From the human T2T-CHM13v2.0 reference genome, Homo sapiens, in assembly GCF_009914755.1 (NCBI RefSeq), contig NC_060934.1: DNA of 64,000 bases. One strand, written 5' to 3'. The translations under genes and the position numbers were made by a program. The notes below the pieces were generated by a model. It was not told the DNA's origin and made no database searches. It saw only the letters and a program-made list of their open reading frames with translations. This document shows positions 50,885 through 64,000 of the stretch, one piece after another. The first letter of the stretch is position 1. Each line of letters opens with the position of its first letter.

Positions 50885-51252
50885 TCTAAACTTTTATTTT
50901 AGATTCCAGAGGTGCATGTGCAGGTTTGTTACAAGGGTATATTGTGTGATGCTGAAGTAAGGGTTACGATTGAACCCATGATCTAGGTAGTGAGCATATT
51001 ACCCAAGAGGCACTTTTTTAGTCATTCCCCGTCTCCTTGTCTCCCACTTGCAGTAATCCCCAGTGTCTGTCATTCCTGTCTTTATGTCCATGAGTACCCA
51101 GTGTTTAGCTTCCACTTATAAGTGAGAACATGCAGTGTTTGGTTTTCTGTTTCTGTGTAGGTTCACTTACTATAATGGCCTCCAGATGCATCTATGTTAC
51201 TGCAGAGGACGTGACTTCATTCTGTTTTATGGCTGTGTAGTATTCTGTGGCA
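50885..51252 (-). mobile_element. L1PA/PB 3' end
   Basis: catgtgcaggtttgttacaagggtatattgtgtgatgctga...cacttataagtgagaacatgcagtgtttggttttctg. Confidence 0.8.
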
Positions 51253-51327
51253 TTCCACCTGTTTCAACCCATTTTCTCCTCACCACCACCTTGTCAGTTA
51301 AGTTAGGTGGCACGATCACCACCACTT

Positions 51328-51780
51328 TATTACTAAAACACCAGGGTTCCATCCAGGTCCTACTGCTTGCGGCACAGAAAGTCAATCACCTAGATGATGA
51401 GTATTGCCAAGGAAGAAGGCTTTAATCAGGTGCTGCAGCTGAGGAGATGGGAGCTCAGCCTCAAATCCATCTTCATCTCCCTAACTGACTAAAACTAGAG
51501 GTTTGTGTAGCAGGTAAGAAATGTAACAATGTGTAAGAAAACAGAAACTAGGGAGGAGTTAGGAAGCAATCATCTCATTGAGGGGTCAGGCACCTCATAG
51601 TCTGGTTGTGGTGATCTGGTGAGTTTCAGTAATTTGATACTTTTTGAGAGGCCTGAGGGATCCTTTCTTGAGGAAGCAATTCAAATAAAACAAATATAAG
51701 TTTCAAGCTTTAAGACCAGAAGTGATAATTTTTGCGTTTATCCAAAAACAACTGTCTATGGGAGTACTGGGTAATTTCAA
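51328..51780 (-). mobile_element. ERV1 LTR (LTR26-like)
   Basis: cacagaaagtcaatcac...gaagaaggctttaatcagg...aagtttcaagctttaagaccagaag...ctatgggagtactgggtaatttca. Confidence 0.6.
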
Positions 51781-51923
51781 TTTCATACATGTAGGGACTG
51801 AGGCTGGAGAGGCCACTGCTGCACTCTCAGCCCCATCCACTGCAGAATCCCAGAGATATTTCTTTCTCGTTTCTCTGAAGTGTTGTGGTCATCTCGTGTT
51901 GTTCTGTTCCCATGACATTTTAG

Positions 51924-52076
<153 letters not shown>

Positions 52077-52253
52077 TAGAGCTTGTGCCTCAGGCAGGGA
52101 GACCAGTCCCGCCTCCCCACCCACCTCCTCCCAATGCTGATGTACTCATTCGTCATTTCCATTCGCTCACTCACCCCATCAGCCTTTACTTGGACCCGGC
52201 CATGTGCTCAGTCCTGCTAAGAATTTAGAGGGTAAGTTAGGCTTCATCCTTGA

Positions 52254-52886
<633 letters not shown>

Positions 52887-53251
52887 CTAGGGATCCAGGG
52901 ATGAGGAATCACGGTGCTCATCCTGTAGAAACTCATCAACAAGAGCAGCAGACAGATATATAGACTAAGGGCTTGAAGGGAGGATGTAGCACGTACAACA
53001 TGGTTGTCCTGGTGGGTCTGCAGAAGAGGTGTCATGAAGTGAGGCTTGCTGGTGACACAGGAATAAGCAAGTCAAAAAGGCTGGGAAGGGCACTGTAGGT
53101 AGAGGCTCCAGCATGGGCAAAGGCTTGGTGACAAAGGAACACGGAATGCCTGGGAAGTGTGGGGTGGTGAGAGTTTGGGGAGTGTCAGGTTCGCAAGAAG
53201 CTAGGTGGGGAAGGGAAGGTGGAACTAAGTTTGGAGGGCGGTGCTTCCCTA

Positions 53252-53800
53252 TGTACCTGGGATTTGTTTTATTTGGGTATGGTAAGACATGCAGGCCCAG
53301 AAATGACACTTGTAAAGGAAGACGTTTTTACTCACAGGTCCCTAGAGACAGGAGGCACGGCAGGCCATGCAGGGCCACATGGGGAAGCCCCAGGGTGGGT
53401 CAGGAGGCAGAGGGAGTGGGGGAAAACATGGGCAAGAGTGTTTATTGTAATTTCCTGGGGAAAGGTAAGGGGAGGCAGGCTAGGCAGGCTTCGGATTGGC
53501 CAGTGTAAATAACTAAACTGAGCTCTTGGGTGTAGGGGCTGTCTCTAGTTTTGCATCATCTGGCAGTGGGGTGATTAAGGCAGGGAGACAGTGGCTCAGA
53601 GTGTGAAAGCCCAACAAGGGAGGTAGTTGTATGGGCTTCTGACTGAATGGTTTGCATATGAAGGTGCACTTGTGGGCAAGCCCTTTACTGTCCCTACGAA
53701 TTGGCTATTCCTGGGAGGGGCAATCTCTCCAGAATCAGAAAGGCCTCAGATGTCAAAAAATCAGAAAATACAGAAAATGAAAAGGCATGATTAATACACG
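53252..53800. mobile_element. Probable ERVL-class LTR (MER54/73/74-like)
   Basis: tttttactcacaggtccctagagacaggaggcacggc...gggccacatggggaagc motif; subfamily uncertain. Confidence 0.45.
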
Positions 53801-54233
53801 TGGACAGTGGGAAACTTCCAAAGGCTAGTGACGCGATCTGGCAGGGTTTTGGGAAGAGAGCAAGGAGGAGGCTGTTGTGATGGTACACTTGACTGATGAT
53901 TGCAACTGGGGCCATACAGGGAGAGCAGAGATGTGAGGTGTCTTCTACTGGCCAGCCTTCTGGTCCTCAGCATGTCTTAATCTTATGCCAGATTCATTAA
54001 ATAGACTTGAAAATGGAGATACAACTTACATACCATAAAATTTAGCCTTTTAAAGTGTACAATTTAGTGGTTTTTAGTATACTCAAAAAGTTGTGCAATC
54101 ATCGCCACTAATTCCAGAATATTTCTGTCACTTCAAAAAGAAACTCTGTACCGATTAGCAGTTACTCCTTCCCCCACCATATCCCTGGAAGTTACTCATC
54201 AATTTCTGTCTCTAGATTTGCCTATGATGGACA

Positions 54234-54358
54234 TGCTACAACATGAATGGACCTTGAAAACATTGTGCTAAGTGAAGTCAGACACCAAAACATTATGTGG
54301 CTTTTGGTGTCTGACTTTGCTTAGCACAATGTTTTCAAGGTCCATTCATGTTGTAGCA
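54234..54358. repeat. Inverted repeat: 57-bp arms, 11-nt spacer, 2 mismatches
   Basis: tgctacaacatgaatggaccttgaaaacattgtgctaagtgaagtcagacaccaaaa / ttttggtgtctgactttgcttagcacaatgttttcaaggtccattcatgttgtagca. Confidence 0.95.
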
Positions 54359-54589
54359 GATATCATTCCTTCCTTCCATTTTATGATTGAATAATATTCT
54401 AATGTACGCATATACCACATTGTTGTTTGTCCACTTAACAGTTGATGAACATTTGGGTTGTTTTCACTTTTTGGCTATTTTGAATAATGTTGCTATGAAC
54501 ATTTATGTACACGTTTTTGTGTGAACATATATTTTCAATTCTCTTGAGTATTACCTATATGCCTAGGAGTGCAGTTTCTGGGTCATATG

Positions 54590-55262
<673 letters not shown>

Positions 55263-56013
55263 TGTCTTCCAAAGTGACTGCACCATTTTATATCCTTATT
55301 AGCAATGTATGAGGGATCTAATTCCTTGACGTCCTTGCCAACCCTTGTAATTTTTTGTGTTTTTTATTATAAAAGCCTTTCTAGTGTGTGTGAAGTGACA
55401 TCTCATCGTGGTTTTGATTTGCATTTCCTTAATGACTAATGATGTTGAACATTTTAAAAATGTGCTTTATGGCTGTTTATATATCATCTTTGGAGAAATG
55501 TCTATTCCAATTATTTACCCATTTTTGAATTTTTGTTGTTGAGTTGCCAGAGTTCACTATATATTTTGGATATTAATTTCTTATCAGAGATATGGTTTGC
55601 AAATATTTTCTCATATTCTTTGGAGTTGTCTTTTCACTTTCTTGATAGTCCTTTGAAGCACAAAAAATTTTAATTTTGATGAAGTTCAATGTATCCATTT
55701 TTTTGGTTGTTTATGATTTGTGTCTTACCTAAGAAACCATTGCCTAATCCAAGGAAGGTCACACTGGCTTACACCTATCTTTGTTCTAAGAGCTTTATAG
55801 GTTTAGCCCTTACATTTAGGTCTTTGATCCATTTTGATTTAATTTTTGTGTGAGGTAGGGTTCCTACTTAATTCTTTTTCATATGGCCATCCAAGTTGTC
55901 CAAGCACCATTTGTTGAAAAGACTATTCTTTCTCCATTGGATGGTATTGGAACTCTTGTTGAAAATCAATTCACCAAAAATATGTCTGTTTCTGTACTCT
56001 GTCTCTCTGTCTC

Positions 56014-56319
56014 TTTTTTTTTTTTTTTTTTGAGATGGAGTCTCACTCTGTCACCCAGGCTGGAGTACAGTGGTGTGATCTCAGCTTACTGCAAGCTCTG
56101 CCCTATGGGCTCAAATGTCTATCCTCCCATTTCAGCATCCTGAGTAGCTGGACCACAGGCATGCACCACCATGCCTAGTTTTTTTTTTTTCGTATTTTTA
56201 TTAGAGACAGGGTCTTGCCATGTTGCCCAGTCTGGTCTTGAACTCCTGAGCTTAAACGATCTGCCTGCTTTGGCCTCCCTAAGTGCTGGGATTACAGGCG
56301 TCAGCCACCATGCCTGGCC
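56014..56319 (-). mobile_element. AluJ-like
   Basis: TSD ctgtttctgtactct. Confidence 0.85.
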
Positions 56320-57106
56320 TGTTTCTGTACTCTCAATCCTGTTCCATTGATTTATATGTCTGTTTCTTATGCCAGTATGACATAGTCTCGATTACTGTAG
56401 CTTTCTTGTACATTTTGAAATTGGGCAGTATGAGACCTCCATGTTTGTTCTTCTTTTTCAGGATTATTTTGGTTATTCTGAGTCCTTTGTATTTCCATTT
56501 CCATTTTAGAATCAGCTTGTCAATTGTTGCAATAAAGGTAGCTGGAATTTTGATAGTGATTACATGAAATCTGTAGATCAATTTGGAGAATATTGCTCTC
56601 TTAACAATATTTAGTCTTCCAATTCATGATCACAGAATGTCTTTCCATTTATCTAAGTCTTTAAAAATCTCTTTCAATAATATTTTATAGTTTTCAGTGT
56701 AGAAGCCTTGCCCTTGTTTTGCTAAGTTTATTCCTAATGGCGTATTCTTTCTGATGCTATTGTAAATAGAATAGTTTTCTTAGTTTCATTTTTGGATTGT
56801 TTATTGCTAGTGCATAGAAATGCAATTGACTTTTGTATATTGATCTTGTATCCTGTAACCTTACTAGCCTTGTTTATTAGCTGGAATGTATCTTTTTGTG
56901 TATTCCTTATGATTTTCTACATACAAGATAATTTCATCTGCAGATAGAGATAGTTTTACTTCTTCCTTTCCAGTTTGGATTCCTTCTATTTTGTTTTCTT
57001 ACCTAATTGCTCTGGCTAGAACTTCCAATACTATGTTGAATGGAAGTGGCAAAAGGCAGCCCTCTCTTGTTTCTCATCTTAGAGGTAAATTTTTAGTCTT
57101 TCACTA

Positions 57107-57404
57107 TTTTGTTTTGTTTTGTTTTTTTGAGACAAGGTCTCACTTTGTCACTCAGGCTGGAGTGCAGTGGCATTATCTCAGCTCACTGCAGCGTCAACTG
57201 CCTAGGCTCAAGTGACCCTCCTACCTCAGTCTCCTGAGTAGTTGGGACTACAGATGCACACCACCACATCTGGCTAATTTATATATATATTTTTTTAGCG
57301 ACGGGGTTTTGCCATGTTGCCCAGTCTGGTCTTAAAACTCCTGAGCTCAAGAAGTCTGTCCACCTCGACCTCCCAAAGTTCTGGGATTACAGATGTTAGC
57401 CACC
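57107..57404 (-). mobile_element. AluJ-like
   Basis: Antisense Alu consensus. Confidence 0.85.
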
Positions 57405-60199
57405 ATTTAATATGATGTTAGCTGTGGGTTTTCATACATAACCTTGGGTTCAGGAAGTTCCATGCTTTCTTAGATTGTTGGGTGTTTTTATGATGAAAGG
57501 GTGTTGGATTTTATCAAATGCTTGTTCTGCATCTGTTGAGATGATCATATGTTTTTTGTTCTTTATTCTATTAACGTGGTGCATTCCATGGCTGAGTTTC
57601 ATATACTGAGCTAGTCTCACATTCCTGGGATAAATACCACTTCTTTATAGCATATAATCCTGTTTATATGTTGCTAAATTCCATTTGCTACTATTTTGTT
57701 GAGGATTTTGCATCTGTATTCATAAGAGATATTGGTCTGCAGTTTTATTTTCTTTGATGTTTTTGTCTGGTTGTGATGTCAGGGTAATACTAGCCTCAAA
57801 GCACAAGTTGGAAAGTGTTCATTCCTCTTCTATTTCTCATGATGAATTTGTAAAGAGGAATTAATTTTTCTTGAAATATTTAGTATAACTCACTAGTGAA
57901 GACATCTAGTCCTCGGGTTTCTTTACGGGAATTTTTTTTGATTACGAATTTAGTCTCTTCACTTGTTATGAACCTTTTTCTCTTGAATAAATGCTCACTG
58001 AATTCCTGTAGGCCTTTGGTTAATTTCTAACAATCTGAGAAAGTTGGCTCTGAGGATTTTCCAGTGTTTTCATTGTTTTATGGAAGAGAGGATTTTCAGA
58101 GGACCTTAATTCACCTTTTCCACTGATACCTTTTTAAGCTGACATATAATTAATTTGGTGCCAGTCCTAAAACACCCAGAACTTCTGGGACAAATCTGGG
58201 GCCATAACTGGGCAGTTGGGAAGGTGGATGGGTGGAAAGTATTTAATTTTGTGTTGAATCTTTTTTTATTCCCAGTGACCTAGCATGTAATCAAATGCTG
58301 GAAAAGGAATAAACCAAACAGCGTCTAAAAAAAAAATTAAAAAAATTTAAAATTTAATTTTTATTTTGTACAATTTTTGCACCATGAGGCAGTTGCAATT
58401 TTTAAGACACCAGTGTTCCTTCTGCTTCTCAGCATTGATGTCTCAATCAGATTTTCTTAGGTCTCTTGGGCCCTGGCAGACCAAGGGCTGTGTGCCCAGG
58501 CCCAGAACAGAGATTATCCTGTATGCAGATGCCTCAGAGTAGCAATGCCAGCACAGTGCAGTGCAAGCCTCATCTCTCAACCAGGTCTTCTGTTTCTCTC
58601 TCCTAGGGACTTACTGTTGTATTTACAAAAGAGCTTGAAAACTGGGCTGTCTTTGCTCTCCAAGCTCCCTTATGGCTGCTGTTTTCACATATGTTTATGC
58701 TGAAGCCCACTAGGTAAAGAAGGTGTGAGCAGCTGGCCCAGGTGAGGAAAGTGAGGGGGCCCATGGTCCCTGGTCCCCTGAATCTTCCCCGCTTCAGGGA
58801 CCCCTCTGTGAAACCCTTTGGGCTGTGTGTAATATATTTTCAACACTATTGCCCTGGCCTAGTGGCTGCCTTTAGCTTGAGATTATTTTTTCTATTAAGG
58901 AAAGTTCCCTTCCTACCTGAGTGACTGCTGCACTCAGAGGCTCTTTGAATCAATGAAAGCCTAAGAGATTGTGCTATTCAGATAAGAGTCAAATCTCAGG
59001 CCCACTCCAGCAGTGTAAGCAGGGGACAGACTCCTCTGTCCTCTCCTCCTGGAGTACCAGAGTGGCGAGTCCACCCAGTTCTTCAATCCCTCCTTAATAG
59101 CGTGTTCAGGGAGTAGTCCTATCATTGGTTTATGGGAGATGGAAAATGATTGGTTCTCTCTATTTGGAATGAGAATGGAATCACATTATGGAATGCATGT
59201 GTATGCAGTTGAAATTACAGTGGGATTTTGCTTTTAAGTCTCCATTCCTTGTTACTTGGGTATTGGTGTGTCCTTGGGCTGGGGAGGGAAATGTGGGTGG
59301 GGTCTGTTTATATTCAGGACCATGCCTCCTTTTCTCTGTTGACCTCTTCCAGCCTTGGGACCTGGGTTTCACTGTTACCAGTTACTTCTTCCTTTCAGAG
59401 TTAAAATTATACAAATGCAACATTGTGGTCAAAGCTCATTTTTTATCTGGGGCAAGCTCCTAGGCGATGCCTCAGGGGCATACGCTCAGGAGAGAGTGTT
59501 CCCCTTGCTCATTGATAACGTCTGGGCAGCTGCTGTTGAACTATTTCATGCCCATTCACACATGGGTTGGAGTTGTTTTAAGAATTGCCAAATACTGCTA
59601 AAAACTGTGCCCTCACTAAATTCATCTGAATGCCCCAAACCCTGAGAGTTCACAAAGCCTTAGGACAGTCATTGCTCATGAGCCGAGAACAGCCTCATAG
59701 CAGAGCATTGGCATTTCTACTGTGTACTGATAAGGAATCTCAGGCTCAGACTCAATAGGGAGGTCGGGGCATCAGGCGCAAATGAAGGCTTTTCTTTTTC
59801 CTTACTCTTGGCCTAGTGTTCTGGCCTGCAGCTTAGGTATCTCCAAAAGCAGCCTGTAGGAGGGATGTCTTTGGTCATTGGCCTCACAGGCCTCCAGGGG
59901 TCCATGCACAGGTAGTTCCTCATGGGTTCCGTCCTGTGGAGTTACTGCTGGGCATTCCAAGGACTGCCGAGGGGTGGCTGAGGTTGCGGGAACACTAAGC
60001 AGACATTACAGTCTATAACAAGTTTGTTTGAAATAACAGAATAAAGGCAGATGGAGGCTCTATCTTTACTGAAGTTCAGTGCTGGTGCGTAGCTCAACAT
60101 TGATCTTACTCGCAGAACGTTTCCCTGCAATGCTTCCTCCTGCCGCTTGGGGGAGATGCTTGTCATCTGCACCCAGTTAAGACTGAGGAGCAACAGTAT

Positions 60200-60533
60200 A
60201 CGCTTGGCCTTCGGTATTCTTGGGTTCTGCATCTGCGGATTCACTCAACCTCTGACAGAAAATATTTGGAAAAAAACAATAAAAATAACATAACAATAAA
60301 AATAAAAATACAGTATAGCAACTATTTACATAGCATTCATATTGTATTAAGTATGATAAGTAATCTAGAGCTGATTTAAAGTATATGGGAGGGTGTGCAT
60401 AGGCTATACGCAATCCCTACACCATTTTATAAAAGGGGCTTGAGCATTCGCAGATTTTGGTATTCATGAGAGATGGGGAGTGGAGGAGGGGTTTCCTTGA
60501 ACCAATCCCCTGAGGATGCCGAGGGACAATTGT
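60200..60533. mobile_element. MER2 (TcMar-Tigger) element
   Basis: ggccttcggtattcttgggttctgcatctgcggattca...aaccaatcccctgaggatgccgagggacaattgta. Confidence 0.8.
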
Positions 60534-60619
60534 ACATCAATTGAGCTCCTACTGTATGCCAACCATTGTATTAGACATATTTCCTCCCCTCAAAATCTCA
60601 GCCTGGAAAAAGAGGCTTA

Positions 60620-61148
<529 letters not shown>

Positions 61149-61364
61149 TCATTGTGTGCATAGGTCATGGCACATGTTGCAGTGTGGTGGCAGCCTGGGG
61201 TTCTGGTGATGAAAAATGAGGCTTGAAAGATAAGATGATAAAGAGTTTAAAAAGCATTCATTTAAATTCAGGATGAAAGAGGAGGCAGGTGGAAAGAGGA
61301 GGCAGAGCAAAGGTTTATACTGACAAAAAATCGTGAACCATTACAAAGTTGTCACCCGAAGCTA

Positions 61365-61560
61365 CTGCAGTGTGTGGGAAGGAGCACTGGACTGGGAGTC
61401 CTGTTCTAGCTCTGCCCACTTACTAGTGTGGCCTTGAGCAAGCTCTTGCTCAGTTGCTCAGTTTCCTCATTTGTAAAATGGGGTTAATCATGTTGAGCTG
61501 AGGCCTGTTGGGAGGGTGAAATGAGAGAGAGGAAGTAACAGTGCTTTCTAAGTTGTAAAG
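61365..61560 (+). mobile_element. MIR
   Basis: gagcactggactgggagtc...ctcagtttcctcatttgtaaaatgggg. Confidence 0.75.
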
Positions 61561-63329
61561 GTCTGTGTTCATGAAGTGCTCTTCTTTTTTAGCTACACAA
61601 TGGGACGGAAAGTTAAGAGCAGGGCTGGTTTCTCATTAGGGATGGAGAATGGAAATCGTCTGGCCCAGGAGCTGCTTGATTGCTCATTAATGTACGGTGT
61701 GGCAACTGAAAATGGGAAAGCCTCTGAAAACAGAAAAGATGTGATCATTCAGGCCCTGTGGTTTTAGTTCCTCATCTTAGCCTTTCTTAAAGAATGATGA
61801 GTTAAACTCCAGAGCCTGTCATTCACATTCAACAAAACCATTCTGCACTCAATTAATTTAATATGAAAGATATAGTGGGCCATTAATCTATGGGGGAGCA
61901 GCAGTTTTTGATAAAACACCCAAATTAAATTTTCCAAGTTAGAAAAAAGGGAAATTATCCCATTTAGTATCACTTGAATACCATTAGTTATTCAGTTCAA
62001 CAGAGAATTCAGTCAGTTATTCAGCAGAGCTCTGGCTTCTGAGACTCTCTGAATACATCAGGCACAGAAATTCATTTCATAGTTTTTCAACTGTGAACTT
62101 GTAGGAGTGTGGAGTTAGATAACATCTAGTTGCCCAGAGATTTAGAGATGAGCTAGCCTGACTTGAGAAATGATATTATTTGTAAAAACTGGACATTTAT
62201 CATTGCTACTGTTACTAGGTTAGAAATGTAAGCAGGACTTTGGAGTTGTCAGAGGGACTTGTGTTCACCTGTGGCTCCTTGACCTGTGTCATTCTGGTTG
62301 TGGCCTTTAACCAACAATCTGCACACTGGTTGTCTCACTTCTTGCCAGGTTTTTGACAGAGCGGAGTGGGAAACGTGGGCTCAGGCCCAGGTCAGGGTCC
62401 AGTGATATGGGTTCCATTTCCTTTCTTCTTAAAAAGGAGTGCGCACCAGAGTCGGGGTCAGTGATACTAAAATGCTGTAGGCTTGAGACAGGTAGAGCCG
62501 GAAGGGGCTAGTGGGGGTAGAGTCTGGGCTGGGAGTGGAGTGGGCACAGCAGAATTTTGGGCTGGGAGGACAGCTGAAGGAGAAGACAGAAGAAGGGCTT
62601 TCTCTATCCCTTGATGGGATGGGACATCGTGCAGTTTCTCCTTGGACATAACTGACTTGAAACTCTCCTTGAACTCTAGGTGCCACATATTTTTGGTGTT
62701 ATAACTCAGAATAATGCTAGCCTGAGCTCCCATGTGGCCGATTAGTGTCCTGCTTAGGGTCCTCTCTCCTCTTGAATTAGCTCAGGAATCCCTGGGGGCT
62801 TTATGGTTCCCCAAAGCTGAGTCATTACAACATTCACATGGGTGTGAAGTGCTCTGGTCTTAAGGAACTCCTGCAGTGGCTCCTGGAGGCCACAGGGGGT
62901 CACTGTTGGCAGCCATCAGGCGTTGCCCGCAGGCTTCAGGACCACAAGGGTGGTTGGCTGCCGACCTCAGAAGCCTTGGATAAGGGTTGAGAGAGCCCTT
63001 TCCCTTGGCCCAAGTTTAGCTGTTGTCGAACTTTGCTTACCTCGTCTTGAGTGCCAAACCCATTCTTCCACCAAGGGACCATGGCTCCAGCAGGCCGAGT
63101 CACAAAAGGCCTGTGTGATACCCTTCAGCATCTCGGCTGCCTGTTTTCCCTCCCTAGGGGTCAGAGGCTTTTCCTGCTCACACTTGTTTTTTCCATTCTC
63201 TGACAAGAGCCCCTGACTCCACACATCTCCTCTGCTCCCACATCACTTCCCCACCTCCACTCAGGGATGGACCCTTTCTAAAGGTGCCATTTCAGCTTCT
63301 TTATCTCACAGTAAACACGACAATATCAG

Positions 63330-63500
63330 ATAATATTTAATAAACCTAGCCCATGCCAGGGCTTTCCAAGCCCGCCATGTACTGTCCCATTTACATCTCA
63401 GAGCAACCCAGTCAGGCCCCCACTTTATGGACAAGGAAAGAAGGTGTAGATAAGGTAATTCAGGTTGCCCAAGATCACACGGAGCAGAATTTAAACACAT
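63330..63500 (-). mobile_element. MIR
   Basis: ccccactttatggacaaggaaa...ttgcccaagatcacac. Confidence 0.6.
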
Positions 63501-63819
63501 GCACTTTCACATACAATTCAAATCTTTACTGATTTCTTTCCCCATATTATAGGATGGTTCATTAATTTTCAGGGACATTGTTCTATTCACCCAAGGGATT
63601 ACTACAAATTAATGTTGCTTTGAAGCATGGAGTTTCTCTGCAGGATGTAACCGGATCATCTGAATTCTACAGGACACTGAGCTTTTTCTGTCTGGGCAGG
63701 GGAGTAGGGTGGGCCTGAGATTTCTGAGCTGACCCGGTTGGTCTGAGTTGGTGAACACAGCTGCACAGAGGCAGGTTTGTAGCTTGGTGGGAGCGTGGTG
63801 GAGCTACAGTGCAGAGTGG

Positions 63820-63821
<2 letters not shown>

Positions 63822-63853
<32 letters not shown>
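63822..63853 (+). repeat. (TG)16 microsatellite
   Basis: Read directly. Confidence 0.95.
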
Positions 63854-63856
<3 letters not shown>

Positions 63857-64000
63857 GGGAAGGAGCCCACTGAGCTGAGAAAGTAAGGAAAGTAGGCAGG
63901 GCACTTCTCAGGGCCTTACCTGGCAGGCCAAGGTGTTTGTATTTTCTGTGTGCAGTGGGAGCCACTGAAGGCTTTTGAGGAAGAGAATGGTAAGATTAGA

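Noticed and set aside
56333-56581. 82-aa minus-strand ORF with real protein similarity
   Set aside because: L1 ORF2p remnant within a fragmented L1; not an intact gene

Overview
Primate, very likely human, genomic DNA (AluY/S/J, LTR12, L1M, L2, MIR, MER). The window holds the 5' half of the + strand gene SH2D4B (SH2 domain containing 4B; 10q23 from memory). Four coding exons join in frame with canonical GT-AG sites: 1426-1609, 33454-33616, 34731-34878 and 51924-52071, giving 214 codons + 1 nt. The SH2-coding exons lie beyond the window. The rest is intron, dominated by transposable elements. Most ORFs in the supplied track are Alu, LTR or low-complexity artefacts. I see no novel multi-gene system. 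The best leads are: (i) a MyPhoNE + RVxF PP1-docking pair split across exons 1 and 2, with a phase-compatible alternative first exon that drops MyPhoNE and a NAGNAG acceptor; (ii) two sense-oriented LTR12C-type solo LTRs bracketing exons 2-3; (iii) two independent near-perfect 49-57 bp hairpins inside old L1 copies; (iv) a cryptic poison-exon candidate behind a 340-nt AG-free zone; (v) a trimeric Alu inside one target-site duplication (TSD). Repeat subfamilies were assigned by eye and repeat boundaries are approximate.
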